A DNA stretch of 64,000 nucleotides from assembly GCA_903830915.1 (NCBI GenBank), contig CAIKVR010000354.1:27955-91954 (forward strand), read 5' to 3'. A program made the translations under genes and the position numbers. This stretch comes from an uncultured Bacteroidales bacterium (GTDB taxonomy: Bacteria; Bacteroidota; Bacteroidia; Bacteroidales; Paludibacteraceae). The notes under the pieces are model-generated. The model made no database searches. It saw nothing but the letters and a program-made list of their open reading frames with translations, and had not been told where the DNA came from. Numbering within the stretch: position 1 is the stretch's first letter; every line of letters starts with the position of its first letter. Shown in pieces: positions 37,153 through 47,698 of the stretch.

Positions 37153-38172
37153 ATGAAATCCAACAAAAATCAAATCATAGCATTAATTCTATTGCCGGTT
37201 TGGTATGTAATTTATACCAACCTACAACCTCTTTCCAATTTGTTTGTTGATACGGCTTTGGGAATGACTAAAGGTGAGAAACTTACGGAAGCACTCAGGT
37301 TCTTTATTTTTGAATTTCCCAAAGTATTGATGCTATTGGTTTTGATTATCTTCTTCGTTGGAATTGTCCGCAGTTTTTTTACGGCCGAACGTACCCGGAA
37401 AGCACTTGAAGGCAAATCAACATTTATGGGTAATATTATGGCTGCCTTATTGGGTATTGTAACGCCTTTCTGTTCTTGTTCGGCTATTCCCTTGTTTCTT
37501 GGCTTTGTTGAATCGGGTGTACCACTGGGTGTCACTTTTTCGTTTCTGATTGCAGCACCCATGATAAACGAAGTGGCTGTGATACTGCTTTATGGTATGT
37601 TTGGTTGGAAAGTAGCTGGTATTTATATTGGTACAGGCCTGGCAATTGCCATTGTAGCCGGTTGGATTATTGGTAAATTGAAATTGGAGAAATGGGTGGA
37701 AGAATGGGTGTATGCTACCAAAATAGGTAAAGCCGATGGAGTAGAAGAAAAAATATCTTTCTCGAGACGAATTATAATGGGATTTGATGCGGTAAAAGAA
37801 ATTGTCAGCAAAGTTTGGTTGTATGTGGTATTGGGCATTTTGGTCGGTGCAGGTGCACATGGTTATGTCCCAGCAGAATTTATGGCTTCCATTATGGGGA
37901 AAGATGTATGGTATGCTGTTCCGCTGTCCGTATTGATAGGTATTCCTTTGTATTCAAATGCGGCTGGTATTGTTCCCATAGTTTCGGTTTTAATTGAAAA
38001 AGGAGCATCACTTGGAACTGCTCTGGCATTTATGATGTCGGTAATTGCTCTGTCATTGCCCGAAATGATTATTCTTCGAAAAGTATTGAAAATGCCATTA
38101 ATACTGACTTTTATCGCTATTGTTGGTGGGGGAATTATGATTGTAGGTTTCTTATTTAATTGGACTATGTGA
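37153..38172 (+). CDS. arsP: ArsP-family (DUF318) permease
   Basis: TPFCSCSAIP, APMINE and ALSLPE motifs. Confidence 0.8.
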   Translation: MKSNKNQIIALILLPVWYVIYTNLQPLSNLFVDTALGMTKGEKLTEALRFFIFEFPKVLMLLVLIIFFVGIVRSFFTAERTRKALEGKSTFMGNIMAALLGIVTPFCSCSAIPLFLGFVESGVPLGVTFSFLIAAPMINEVAVILLYGMFGWKVAGIYIGTGLAIAIVAGWIIGKLKLEKWVEEWVYATKIGKADGVEEKISFSRRIIMGFDAVKEIVSKVWLYVVLGILVGAGAHGYVPAEFMASIMGKDVWYAVPLSVLIGIPLYSNAAGIVPIVSVLIEKGASLGTALAFMMSVIALSLPEMIILRKVLKMPLILTFIAIVGGGIMIVGFLFNWTM

Positions 38173-38229
38173 TGGAAAACGTCAATTTGTAACACAAATT
38201 TAATATCAATTATTTTTTATTTCAAAAAC

Positions 38230-38251
38230 TATGTCGTATGTTTGCGACATA
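38230..38251 (+). promoter_or_regulatory. Second ArsR operator/promoter
   Basis: tatgtcgta-tgtt-tgcgacata overlapping TATGTTTG. Confidence 0.65.
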
Positions 38252-38264
38252 AAACACAAATAAT

Positions 38265-38591
38265 ATGAGAAAGCCCGAAGTGTTTGATAATGAGTTACAA
38301 GAGTTGGCTGAATTCGCCAAAGTGATTTCGCATCCTGCCCGATTGGCGATTTTGAAGTATTTGGCTGAAACAAAAACCTGTATTTCCGGTGATATTTCAG
38401 ATAAACTGCCGCTAAGCCGAACCACTGTGTCGCAGCACTTAAAAGAATTGCGTGATATGGGTTTGATTCACGGTGAAATTGACGGATTGAAAATCAATTA
38501 CTGCCTTTGCAATTCCACTATTAATGATCGTCTGGAAAAATTCGAGGACTTCTTCCATAAAATAAAATCAGCAGATATAAGCTGCTGCTAA
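38265..38591 (+). CDS. arsR: ArsR-family repressor (second copy)
   Basis: [19 protein letters not shown]-terminal CC. Confidence 0.9.
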   Translation: MRKPEVFDNELQELAEFAKVISHPARLAILKYLAETKTCISGDISDKLPLSRTTVSQHLKELRDMGLIHGEIDGLKINYCLCNSTINDRLEKFEDFFHKIKSADISCC

Positions 38592-38617
38592 ATCTGAAAC
38601 ATAAAATTCAACATAAT

Positions 38618-39043
38618 ATGAAAGTACTGATTCTCTGTACAGGAAATAGTTGCCGCAGTCAAATGGCTCACGGCTTTTTACAATCTTTCGACCAAAACCT
38701 GACAGTTTGCTCGGCTGGAACTGAAGCCAGCGGAAAACTGAATTCCAAAGCCGTAAAAGTTATGGACGAAATAGGTATCGACATTAGTCATCACACATCC
38801 GATTCGGTTTCGAAATACCTGGGTGAAGCTTGGGATTACGTGATTACGGTTTGTGGAGGTGCCAATGAAGCTTGTCCGGCGTTTATCGGAAAAGTGAAAC
38901 ATCGTTTGCATATTGGTTTCGATGATCCGAGCCATGCTGTAGGTAGTGAGCAGTTTATCTGGAGTGAATTCATCCGTGTTCGGGATGAAATTAAAGACGG
39001 ATTTTATAAACTGTATGTAGAACAAATCAAACCGGAATTATGA
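38618..39043 (+). CDS. arsC: Arsenate reductase, LMW-PTP/thioredoxin type
   Basis: LCTGNSCRSQMA, ITVC....EACP and FDDP motifs. Confidence 0.92.
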   Translation: MKVLILCTGNSCRSQMAHGFLQSFDQNLTVCSAGTEASGKLNSKAVKVMDEIGIDISHHTSDSVSKYLGEAWDYVITVCGGANEACPAFIGKVKHRLHIGFDDPSHAVGSEQFIWSEFIRVRDEIKDGFYKLYVEQIKPEL

Positions 39044-39840
39044 AATCAGTAGATTTAAAATATATTGTAAAGGAAAAATACGGCGAAATTGCCAAGCAGT
39101 CAAAAATTCAAAATGAAACATCATGCTGCGGTGTGGGTGTTTGTTGCACCATTGATTATGCCGTATTTGCTGAAAGTTACGAAAAAGAAAAGGGATATAA
39201 CGCTGATGCTGACTTGGGCTTAGGCTGTGGAATCCCAACCCAGTTTGCTTCTATCAAAGACGGTGATTCGGTATTGGATTTAGGTAGCGGTGCCGGGAAT
39301 GATTGCTTTGTAGCACGTGCCATTGTGGGCGAAACAGGGAAAGTAACCGGAATTGATTTCACGGTTGCCATGCTCGAAAAAGCACGTTCTAATAATGCCA
39401 AACTGGGTTTTAGCAATGTGGAATTCGTTAAAGGCGATATTGAAGAAATGCCGCTGGCTAATAATCTCTTTGATGTAATTGTGTCAAATTGTGTATTGAA
39501 TCTGGTGCCTGACAAGACCAAAGCATTTTCTGAAATATATCGTGTATTGAAGCCAAACGGACACTTTTGTGTATCGGACGTGGTAATTAAAGGTGAACTG
39601 CCTGAAAAACTTCAGAAAGATGCTGAAATGTATGCCGGTTGTGTTTCGGGAGCTATTGATATTAATGAATATCTTGGAATTATTGAAAAACAAGGTTTTA
39701 ATTCCATCGAAATTCATAAACAAAAGGAAATTGAATTACCGGTTGAAATACTGAAGGAATATCTGACTGAGAAAGAAATTCAACAATTCAAAAACAAAGA
39801 GATTGGGATATTTAGTATAACGGTATCCGCGGAAAAGTGA
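39040..39840 (+). CDS. arsM: Arsenite S-adenosylmethionine methyltransferase
   Basis: SCC...CC, LGLGCGIP, LDLGSGAG.D, SNCVLNL and GCVSGA motifs. Confidence 0.93.
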   Translation: MKSVDLKYIVKEKYGEIAKQSKIQNETSCCGVGVCCTIDYAVFAESYEKEKGYNADADLGLGCGIPTQFASIKDGDSVLDLGSGAGNDCFVARAIVGETGKVTGIDFTVAMLEKARSNNAKLGFSNVEFVKGDIEEMPLANNLFDVIVSNCVLNLVPDKTKAFSEIYRVLKPNGHFCVSDVVIKGELPEKLQKDAEMYAGCVSGAIDINEYLGIIEKQGFNSIEIHKQKEIELPVEILKEYLTEKEIQQFKNKEIGIFSITVSAEK

Positions 39841-39985
39841 TTTGATAATTTGAAGAAGTATTGATTTCAAGATTTGGAAATCAATTCTATCTTAAATATT
39901 ATTTCAAAAATAATTAGCTCAACAAAATCAACCAATTAATCATTTTCAAATTAATTTATTTTCAAATCTTCAAATTCTCTTAATC

Positions 39986-41071
39986 ATGAGTTCATCTTCA
40001 AATCCTCAAATCAGCACATCTTTAAATTTGTCTTTTCTCGATCGCTTTCTTACGCTATGGATATTACTGGCCATGTTTATTGGTGTATTTTCCGGCTGGC
40101 TGTTCCCTTCCGTTGCCGAATTTTGGAACAGCATGTCCTCAGGAACAACCAATATTCCTATTGCTATAGGACTAATCGTTATGATGTATCCGCCACTGGC
40201 AAAAGTTAAATACGAAGAGTTGGGTGAAGTATTTCGTAATACCAGAATTCTGACTTTGTCATTGGTTCAAAACTGGATTGTAGGACCGGTATTGATGTTT
40301 ACATTGGCCATTTTAATGTTCAAATTCTTTCCGGGCGAGAACAATGCTAATTTGCCGTATGTATATGGAATTATAATGATTGGACTAGCACGTTGTATTG
40401 CTATGGTGATCGTATGGAACGATTTGGCGAAAGGCGATACACAATATGCAGCCGGATTGGTAGCCTTTAATAGTATTTTTCAGGTATTGTTCTTTTCAGT
40501 GTATGCCTGGTTTTTTATTGCCATTGCTCCGGCCTGGTTTGGCATTCCCACAAGCGATGCAGTTTCGAAAATCACCATTGGACAAATTGCTCAAAGCGTA
40601 TTTATTTATCTTGGAATTCCATTTATTGCGGGTTTTCTGACACGATTTATTCTTATTCGGGTGAAAAGCAAACAATGGTATCATACCAAATTCATTCCCA
40701 AAATATCACCGCTAACACTTATTGCGCTGCTTTTCACCATTTTGGTTATGTTTTCTCTGAAAGGCGAATACATTATAAAAATACCTATGGATGTAGTGTT
40801 GATTGCCGTACCACTGCTTATCTATTTTGTGATTATGTTTGTAGGATCGTTTTTTATGAGTAAAAAAGCCGGTGCGACTTACGAGCAATCCACTACATTA
40901 TCATTCACGGCTGCCAGTAACAATTTTGAATTAGCTATTGCAGTGGCAATTGCAGTTTTTGGTATCAATTCAGGTGAAGCTTTTACAGCTGTAATAGGTC
41001 CTTTGGTGGAAGTTCCGGTAATGATAGCCTTGGTAAACGTGGCGTTTTGGTTTAAGAGAAAGATGTTTTGA
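39986..41071 (+). CDS. acr3: ACR3-family arsenite efflux transporter
   Basis: [41 protein letters not shown] and GPLVEVPV motifs. Confidence 0.96.
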   Translation: MSSSSNPQISTSLNLSFLDRFLTLWILLAMFIGVFSGWLFPSVAEFWNSMSSGTTNIPIAIGLIVMMYPPLAKVKYEELGEVFRNTRILTLSLVQNWIVGPVLMFTLAILMFKFFPGENNANLPYVYGIIMIGLARCIAMVIVWNDLAKGDTQYAAGLVAFNSIFQVLFFSVYAWFFIAIAPAWFGIPTSDAVSKITIGQIAQSVFIYLGIPFIAGFLTRFILIRVKSKQWYHTKFIPKISPLTLIALLFTILVMFSLKGEYIIKIPMDVVLIAVPLLIYFVIMFVGSFFMSKKAGATYEQSTTLSFTAASNNFELAIAVAIAVFGINSGEAFTAVIGPLVEVPVMIALVNVAFWFKRKMF

Positions 41072-41085
41072 GAGAATTCAACTGC

Positions 41086-41523
41086 TTAAAAATACTTCAT
41101 CTTAACCAAAATCTGTTTTGTTTCATTTTTTTCAAGAAAGAAACTGAAATTCTCGAAGGTTGGTTTGTATAAGCCTCGCTGGTAATAGTTTGAGAAGCCG
41201 AATCCTTCGCGGGGAATTCCAAAAATATTATATTCCATTTTGCCGTTACAGTTTTTGTCGTCCAGCACAGAAACACCGTATTTTCCTGGTTTCAATGGAA
41301 TTTTCAAATCGAAACTCCCATTGACAACCAGGGTTTTCGGACATTTCGTTTCCCAAAAAGTTATTTCAGCTTTGAATCCGGCTTCATCCGTAAAAACAGC
41401 AATACACATTTGACCTTTCGAATGGCTGATATCCTGAATATGAACATCCAGTATCTGTGCCGGAATAATTTGATGGGCAGATAAACACAGAATAGTCAAT
41501 ATCAGAAACTTTTTCAAAAACAT
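41086..41523 (-). CDS. DUF2141-family exported protein
   Basis: PGKYGVSVLDD.N.NGKM..N.FGIP.EGFGFSN. Confidence 0.85.
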   Translation of the reverse strand: MFLKKFLILTILCLSAHQIIPAQILDVHIQDISHSKGQMCIAVFTDEAGFKAEITFWETKCPKTLVVNGSFDLKIPLKPGKYGVSVLDDKNCNGKMEYNIFGIPREGFGFSNYYQRGLYKPTFENFSFFLEKNETKQILVKMKYF

Positions 41524-41542
41524 GATGATAATTGCTTTAATT

Positions 41543-42589
41543 TTATGAGCTTACTATTGTTGCCGGATTTTTTAGAGGAAAGAAGAATCGACTCATTTGA
41601 CTTTCATTATTTGTTCTAAAGGCTTTGAGTGGTTCCGATTGCCAAAGAAGCCCTTTTTTTATAAAGAAACGGAGACCGGAACTGAGAAACCTGACAATAG
41701 GATTTACAGAACGTTTCTGGTCATCAAAATAGGTGTCGATTGTATCGTTTCTGAAATGAAGAATTTTTTCCAGTTCGTCACCATCCACATACATACCACA
41801 ATGAAAATTCCGATCAGCAAAGGCATGTTCAGGAAAATCAGCTTTTCCCAAACCGTAAATCTGAAACGACCGGTTCAAAAACTCACGATAAGTTATATAG
41901 CAGGACCTGCCACCACCCAGATTGAAAATCTTGCCTGATAATTCATTCCTATGTCTGATTGCCGTTATAAATGCCCTGGCAGTATCGGGAGGCGTACAAA
42001 TTTCCATAATGGTCGATAGAGGCATGTGAAACATCAACTTTGAAATCTTATGGTTTTTCATGATGGCTGTCAGTCTGAAAACAGACCAATCCAGGTTGGA
42101 ATGCTGAATTAACTTTTCGGATTCAATTTTGGACTGTGCATAAGTGTCGTCTTTTCCTGCATTGAGTGGTTCTTGCACCGATATGAAGGGATTTTGAACA
42201 TGATCACCATACACTGCAATGGAGGAACTGTAAAGCAGGAATGCGTTGGGTGATGTTTTCTCCAACTGTTGAATAATATTCTGTGTTCCAACTACGTTTA
42301 CTTTTCTTGCCAGTTCCGGATTTTCGTCAGCCAGAGGCGGAATAATGGCTGCCAGATGAATAACCGCATCCAGATTTCTTGGGAAATACTTCAAGTCATC
42401 GATATTGGATATGTCACCCCAGATGATATCTACTTTGTTTTCATAGCGTGCAAAAAGCTTTTTTGTCCGTGCATTTTGAATGTCAAAGATTGTAAGCCTG
42501 ATAGTATCCAACTGTGCCAATTGCCGCATAATTTCTGTACCGATGGTGCCGGAAGCTCCTGTCAGAAGAACATTCATTTTTGTTTTCAT
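41543..42589 (-). CDS. NAD-dependent epimerase/dehydratase (extended SDR)
   Basis: TGASGTIG, IHLAAIIPP, SSSIAVYG and YAQSK motifs. Confidence 0.9.
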   Translation of the reverse strand: MKTKMNVLLTGASGTIGTEIMRQLAQLDTIRLTIFDIQNARTKKLFARYENKVDIIWGDISNIDDLKYFPRNLDAVIHLAAIIPPLADENPELARKVNVVGTQNIIQQLEKTSPNAFLLYSSSIAVYGDHVQNPFISVQEPLNAGKDDTYAQSKIESEKLIQHSNLDWSVFRLTAIMKNHKISKLMFHMPLSTIMEICTPPDTARAFITAIRHRNELSGKIFNLGGGRSCYITYREFLNRSFQIYGLGKADFPEHAFADRNFHCGMYVDGDELEKILHFRNDTIDTYFDDQKRSVNPIVRFLSSGLRFFIKKGLLWQSEPLKAFRTNNESQMSRFFFPLKNPATIVSS

Positions 42590-42760
42590 GATACAATGTG
42601 CTAATTTGAAAATATGCTAATGTGCCAATTAATGTACTAAAAATGGTTTTGGGTATCAGTAACTTTTTGATCTTTAAACTCTGTGCTGCACATTATGCAT
42701 GAATATTTCATGTCTGATTCTATTTATGCCACAAGTTTACAGCTAAAGTCATGAAATTAA

Positions 42761-42782
42761 GTCCGTGTTTTAAAATACGGAC
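42761..42782. promoter_or_regulatory. 22-bp near-perfect inverted repeat upstream of the SDR-DUF2141 operon
   Basis: gtccgtgtttt|aaaatacggac; either an operator or a terminator for the upstream AraC gene. Confidence 0.35.
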
Positions 42783-42839
42783 AACAAGTTTCGGTTCAAC
42801 TTTTGAAAGTCAAACTAATGAACAGTTCTTGAATAAGAT

Positions 42840-43916
42840 TTAGTTGGAAATGGAATTGCGGAAAGCAACGGGTGTTTCGGCGGTCATGCTTTTAAAAACC
42901 GTGTAGAATGATGATTTACTTGAAAATCCACAATCGTAACCAATGGCTTCGATGGAGTATTTATTGGTTGGGTCAGTCAACATTTTTTTTACAGCTTCTA
43001 CCCGATAGAAGTTGACGAATTGAAAAAAACTCTTTCCAATTTCAATATTCAGCACTTCGGTAAGCTGGTATTTTGGTATTTTAAGCGATTCTGAAAGTAC
43101 ATCCATGCTTAAATCCGGATTGAGATAGGCTTTCTCTTTTTCGAAAAAAGTGATTATCTTTTGTTTGATTTTTGCTTTGGTTTCAGTACTCAAGGTTGAA
43201 TTTTTATAATGAATAATCGGATCATCGGTAAGCAGTTGTTTGGAAACGACCTTTTGACCTAAACCATAGAAACTCATGACGTAAATCAAAACCAGAAGCG
43301 TTATATAATTATAGATGTGCGGAGTAAGTGGATTTAAATTTGAGTAGAACACTATGACCGTAATCAAAAAAGCCAGTATGCAATAAACGACATAAAAGAT
43401 AGCAACTGCCAACACCCAACCCAGATTTTCATTTTTTTCGATATTGGAAAGTTCGTTGCGCAAATGCATCCGGTGTTTATGTACCAAAATCAAACTTAAA
43501 GGATTATAAACCAGCCAGGAAACAAGAGTAGCTGCACCGAAAATCAGTCTGAAAATATAATTTTCGTCTTTAAAGAAAAATGTGTCAAGCGAAAAAGATT
43601 GTTTGATGATATAGGCATAAATTTCGAAAGCAATAAAGGGGAGTAAATGTAGCACTTGAATCCATTTCAGAGTAAATTTAGGACGGGTTAGTGATTTGAT
43701 ATATAAATATAAAGCCGGATTGAACAGGAGAAATGAACTGGAAAGAAGTGGCTTACTAAAGATTTCGTAATTGAGTCCGCAACTCAGAAAATCGACAGAT
43801 AAAAGGATAAGCCAACCCGACAGAATTTTATCGGAAACGGAACTTTCCTTTTTAGTAAACATGAGTATGGCAGCAAACAAACTCTGACAAAATCCTATCC
43901 AGATTAGAATTTTCAT
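42840..43916 (-). CDS. Membrane-anchored AraC-family regulator
   Basis: TM region, then YLNPDLS...FFQFVNFYRVE...GFSSKSSFY.VFK..T..TP..FR. Confidence 0.92.
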   Translation of the reverse strand: MKILIWIGFCQSLFAAILMFTKKESSVSDKILSGWLILLSVDFLSCGLNYEIFSKPLLSSSFLLFNPALYLYIKSLTRPKFTLKWIQVLHLLPFIAFEIYAYIIKQSFSLDTFFFKDENYIFRLIFGAATLVSWLVYNPLSLILVHKHRMHLRNELSNIEKNENLGWVLAVAIFYVVYCILAFLITVIVFYSNLNPLTPHIYNYITLLVLIYVMSFYGLGQKVVSKQLLTDDPIIHYKNSTLSTETKAKIKQKIITFFEKEKAYLNPDLSMDVLSESLKIPKYQLTEVLNIEIGKSFFQFVNFYRVEAVKKMLTDPTNKYSIEAIGYDCGFSSKSSFYTVFKSMTAETPVAFRNSISN

Positions 43917-44043
43917 TTTCGCTACAATAAACGATTAATCCTCAGTGAATTTACGATACAAATATACTCAACTTTCAGATGGGAAAGGTTATTTTTAGCA
44001 TTTTTCGTTGCTGGAAAGTTTAATTCCCTGTATTTTAAGAACC

Positions 44044-45930
44044 TTATTTGAGCTGAGTACGTGAATTTATAGCCGGTGAATTGTTGCTTGAATTTGTTAT
44101 GTTCTTTTGATTCTCAGAACTACCAGATGCGGGTTGAGAACTATTATCAGTGTCGGATGAACCTAAACTATCAATTCCACCCCCTTTGGGACGTTCAATT
44201 TTGGGGTAAGCCTTGAACACATCACTTTTATTTTGCGGACGCTCATTTTCAATCCAGAAAAAGGTATTGAGATGGAGCAATTTTTCGGTCAGGTTGTCCA
44301 GTGGGAACATTGTTCCATTGGTTGCAGAGGTTAGAATTGCTTTGTTGATTCTTTTGTTTTTAAAGTACATAACGACAAAACTACTCTGCGTTTTATTCAG
44401 TCCGAGTAAAGTTGAATCTTTATCGTCACGAGGGAAATAAATGGTCTCGGCGTTCCCGTTCACATTCACTTTGCGGAGTTGTCCACTATCTACATAAGCG
44501 ATGATTTCCTTCCCCGAAAGCTGATTATAATAAATCGAATCCTCGTGCTGAATGGCAACAGCAACTTTTTGGATATGAATTTTATTCACTTTTTTGTTTT
44601 TGGTGTAAGCCTGAATATACTCACCTGAAAGTTGATTATTATCTGACCACAAAACGGGAGTTCCGAACATATTCATCACCGAGTCACGTGCCGAATAAGC
44701 CAGCGAATCACATAAACCCTGAACATCGTTCCGGTAAATACGCACATGATAATAGCCACGCGCCACATTGTAAATGGAATCTTTCGACGTATGAAGGGTG
44801 TCGGCGTGAACAAACATGCTGTCTTTGCTCGACCAGTCGACTAATAAGGCTGAGTCCGTTGCCAGCCCGTTTTTATCATTTTCGTTGTAGTAGCAATAAT
44901 TTCCGTAAAGCGTTGTTTTCTGAACTGTATCATTCATAATCACATTCGTAAATCCTTCGCCATATTTCAGTTTTTTATCGTAAAAAATGGTATCGCCAAT
45001 GAGCGTTTTTCCATCTTTATGTTTCACTTTTGATCGGTTAAGCAGCATGGACTGCTCGGTTGCGGTATTATACCAGCCTTTATCACTGTAAATATCCGTT
45101 TCGTTGTTGTACAAAATATGCGTCATACTAATCAACCTGGCTATTTTAGTTTTAGAATTATAACGCAATGAATCAGCATCCAAAGTGTAGTTTTTGTTGT
45201 TCATGTGAACCTTGGTTTTGAACAAGGATTCATTGGTTTTGGTGGAATACTGGCCCCAAATGGAAGTTAGGTCGTTTGTTTCATCCGAAATTTTTCCGCC
45301 GGTGTAGTAATAGGCTTGATTTGTTATTCGATCGTAATTCAGACTGTCGGTAGTAAGTGTGGTTTTACGGTTTTCCATTCTCACCCGATGACGTAAGCGT
45401 GCCAACTTAGTGTTCCCGTTGTAATACAGAATATCGCCAAAGATAAAAATTGTATCGCCCTGAACAATTCGTACGTGACCATAGGCATTAAATGAATTTG
45501 CTTTTTCGAAAAAGTAGGCGCTATCGCAATAAAGTCGGGCATTATCGTGGCGAAAACGAACATTTCCTTTTAGCAATTGCATATCGGGGCTCTGAATTTT
45601 ATCAAATGATAATTGGTCGCAATTTTCGAGATAAACCAGCGTCACACCTTTAGCCCCGATAGCAGAAGGAGCTGGCGTCAATTTATACTGAATAGCATTG
45701 ATTTTCTGAGACGCTGGTCTTGATTTTGTTGGCTTTATTTGCGGTTTAGGAGGATTCATGCTTTGAAGCACCTGATTCCTTAATTGCCGGGGATGAATCT
45801 GTGCCTGACTCAAGGCAATAAACAAACACAGCACAGCGAATAATACGATGTGCCTGTGCTTCAATATGCTATTATGTAGTATAGATTTCAATGAGTTCTC
45901 TAATTGATAAATTTGATTCACTTTAAGCAT
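44044..45930 (-). CDS. OstA-like (LptA/LptD N-terminal beta-jellyroll) protein
   Basis: L.GNVRFRH....LYCDSAY, GHVRIVQGDT, L.TDSLNYD repeats; downstream of surA. Confidence 0.85.
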   Translation of the reverse strand: MLKVNQIYQLENSLKSILHNSILKHRHIVLFAVLCLFIALSQAQIHPRQLRNQVLQSMNPPKPQIKPTKSRPASQKINAIQYKLTPAPSAIGAKGVTLVYLENCDQLSFDKIQSPDMQLLKGNVRFRHDNARLYCDSAYFFEKANSFNAYGHVRIVQGDTIFIFGDILYYNGNTKLARLRHRVRMENRKTTLTTDSLNYDRITNQAYYYTGGKISDETNDLTSIWGQYSTKTNESLFKTKVHMNNKNYTLDADSLRYNSKTKIARLISMTHILYNNETDIYSDKGWYNTATEQSMLLNRSKVKHKDGKTLIGDTIFYDKKLKYGEGFTNVIMNDTVQKTTLYGNYCYYNENDKNGLATDSALLVDWSSKDSMFVHADTLHTSKDSIYNVARGYYHVRIYRNDVQGLCDSLAYSARDSVMNMFGTPVLWSDNNQLSGEYIQAYTKNKKVNKIHIQKVAVAIQHEDSIYYNQLSGKEIIAYVDSGQLRKVNVNGNAETIYFPRDDKDSTLLGLNKTQSSFVVMYFKNKRINKAILTSATNGTMFPLDNLTEKLLHLNTFFWIENERPQNKSDVFKAYPKIERPKGGGIDSLGSSDTDNSSQPASGSSENQKNITNSSNNSPAINSRTQLK

Positions 45931-45933
45931 TTA

Positions 45934-45974
45934 TCAACTGTTAACTAACAACTGTCGACTGCTAACTGTCAACT
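45934..45974. repeat. Six heptamer repeats (consensus tcaACTg)
   Basis: tcaactg ttaacta acaactg tcgactg ctaactg tcaact fills the surA-ostA spacer. Confidence 0.7.
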
Positions 45975-47336
45975 TTATTTCTTAATCCATCCCGGATATT
46001 GGAATGTGCAATTTTGCCAGGCCGGATCGATACTGATATAGGTTTCCTTCTGTTTCTTGATAATCCAGGTATTCAGAAATTCCTGTTTCTTCTTACCTTC
46101 GTAGTATGTTTTCAACATTTGGTAATCGTCAGTCAGGTTGGCTTTATGATTTTCGATTTTTGATTTCAGTTTCACCACAGCTACCACTTCTTTATTCGAC
46201 GATTTGTTTATCATGCTGAAGGGTTTCGAAATCTCACCCACATTCATATTGTAGACTACTTTCGCCACTTCGGGTGGTAAATCCTGGTATTCAAATTTAG
46301 AGGTATTACTTTTATCGTTCAACATTAAACCAGCATTCATAGCCGTATTTTTGTCCTGTGAATAAGCCAAAACACCTTGCTCGAAGCTGATTTTGTTCTG
46401 GCGTATTTGATTCGTAACTGAATCAAGATTATGTATTCCTTTTTCCTTTTCGGCAAGTGAAACCTGAGGTTTTAGTAAAATGTGGCGGCAGTTAATGCGG
46501 TCACCCCGTTTTTCGATCAACTGAATAATATGGAATCCAAATTCGGTTTGCACTATACGGGAAACTTTTTTGGTATCAGTAAGGTTGAAGGCAACCTGTG
46601 AAAATTCAGGAACCAGTTGACCACGACCCATAAAGCCCAATTCACCACCCCGTTTAGCGCTTTCAGTGTCTTCGGAATAAAGGCGGGCAAGAACTGAGAA
46701 ATCGGTACCACCACTGTTCACACGTTCGGTATAGTCACGCAGTTTTTCCTTAATACGGTTTATTTCCTCAATTTGAACCGCTGGTTCAAAACTGATAATT
46801 TGAAGTTCTACTTCAGCCGGAACCGTTGGAATACTGTCGACGGCTTGATCACTATAGGACCTACGCACATCAGCCGGTGTGGATTTAATGTCACCCACCA
46901 GTTTTTGTTGCATCTGGTTAATAATTTGTTGATTACGAATCATATCACGCAGTTCTTCGCGTAAGTCTGAAGTGTTTTTATGAAAGTATTCTTCCATTTT
47001 TTCTTTCGACCCAATTTGAGCAATGAAATAATTCAAACGGTTTTCCACCTGATTCATTACCGACGATTCGCTCACCACCACACTATCCAATACAGCCTGG
47101 TGCAGAAACAGTTTCTGAATGGCAATTTGTTCCGGGATAACGCAATAGGGATCACCTTGCACAGGGGTTCCATCATATTGAGCGCGGAGTTTTTGTTCTT
47201 CCACTTCCGAACGCAGAATGGATTCATCACCAATCACCCAAATTACTTCGTCAATGATATTATTCTTTAGTTGCGCCCACGATTTTAGTGGTGCAAAGCT
47301 TAACAGAAAGAGAAGAGCAAAGATTATTTTCTTCAT
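45975..47336 (-). CDS. surA: SurA-like parvulin peptidyl-prolyl isomerase
   Basis: IIDEVIWVIGDE.IL.SEVE; FS.LARLYSED..SAKRGGELG...LVPEF...TEFGFHIIQ. Confidence 0.88.
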   Translation of the reverse strand: MKKIIFALLFLLSFAPLKSWAQLKNNIIDEVIWVIGDESILRSEVEEQKLRAQYDGTPVQGDPYCVIPEQIAIQKLFLHQAVLDSVVVSESSVMNQVENRLNYFIAQIGSKEKMEEYFHKNTSDLREELRDMIRNQQIINQMQQKLVGDIKSTPADVRRSYSDQAVDSIPTVPAEVELQIISFEPAVQIEEINRIKEKLRDYTERVNSGGTDFSVLARLYSEDTESAKRGGELGFMGRGQLVPEFSQVAFNLTDTKKVSRIVQTEFGFHIIQLIEKRGDRINCRHILLKPQVSLAEKEKGIHNLDSVTNQIRQNKISFEQGVLAYSQDKNTAMNAGLMLNDKSNTSKFEYQDLPPEVAKVVYNMNVGEISKPFSMINKSSNKEVVAVVKLKSKIENHKANLTDDYQMLKTYYEGKKKQEFLNTWIIKKQKETYISIDPAWQNCTFQYPGWIKK

Positions 47337-47698
47337 TTAGGATTGTTTTTTGTTTTATTAAGGATGAAAATTTATCGGGTCGAACTTTATTCGGAATGCA
47401 AATTTACAACTTATTTATGACTGAAATGCAAGCCCTTGCTAAAAAAAACTTTAATTGTATTGATTTTGAAGTATTTTGTGTGTTTGCCAAGCAAACAAGC
47501 GACAAATTGAGAAATATTAAGATTTAACCTGGTTACTGTAGCTTAATGTTTTTCTTTTAATATTCTAAACATTAAAATGAAATATTACTGATATTTTAAG
47601 AAAAATAATTATATTTGCAAATAATATAGAGTGTGGGAGCTCCTGCTCACTTTGAGATTTCAGTTGTCTTAAATACCTCTAAATTAAAATATTCGGTT

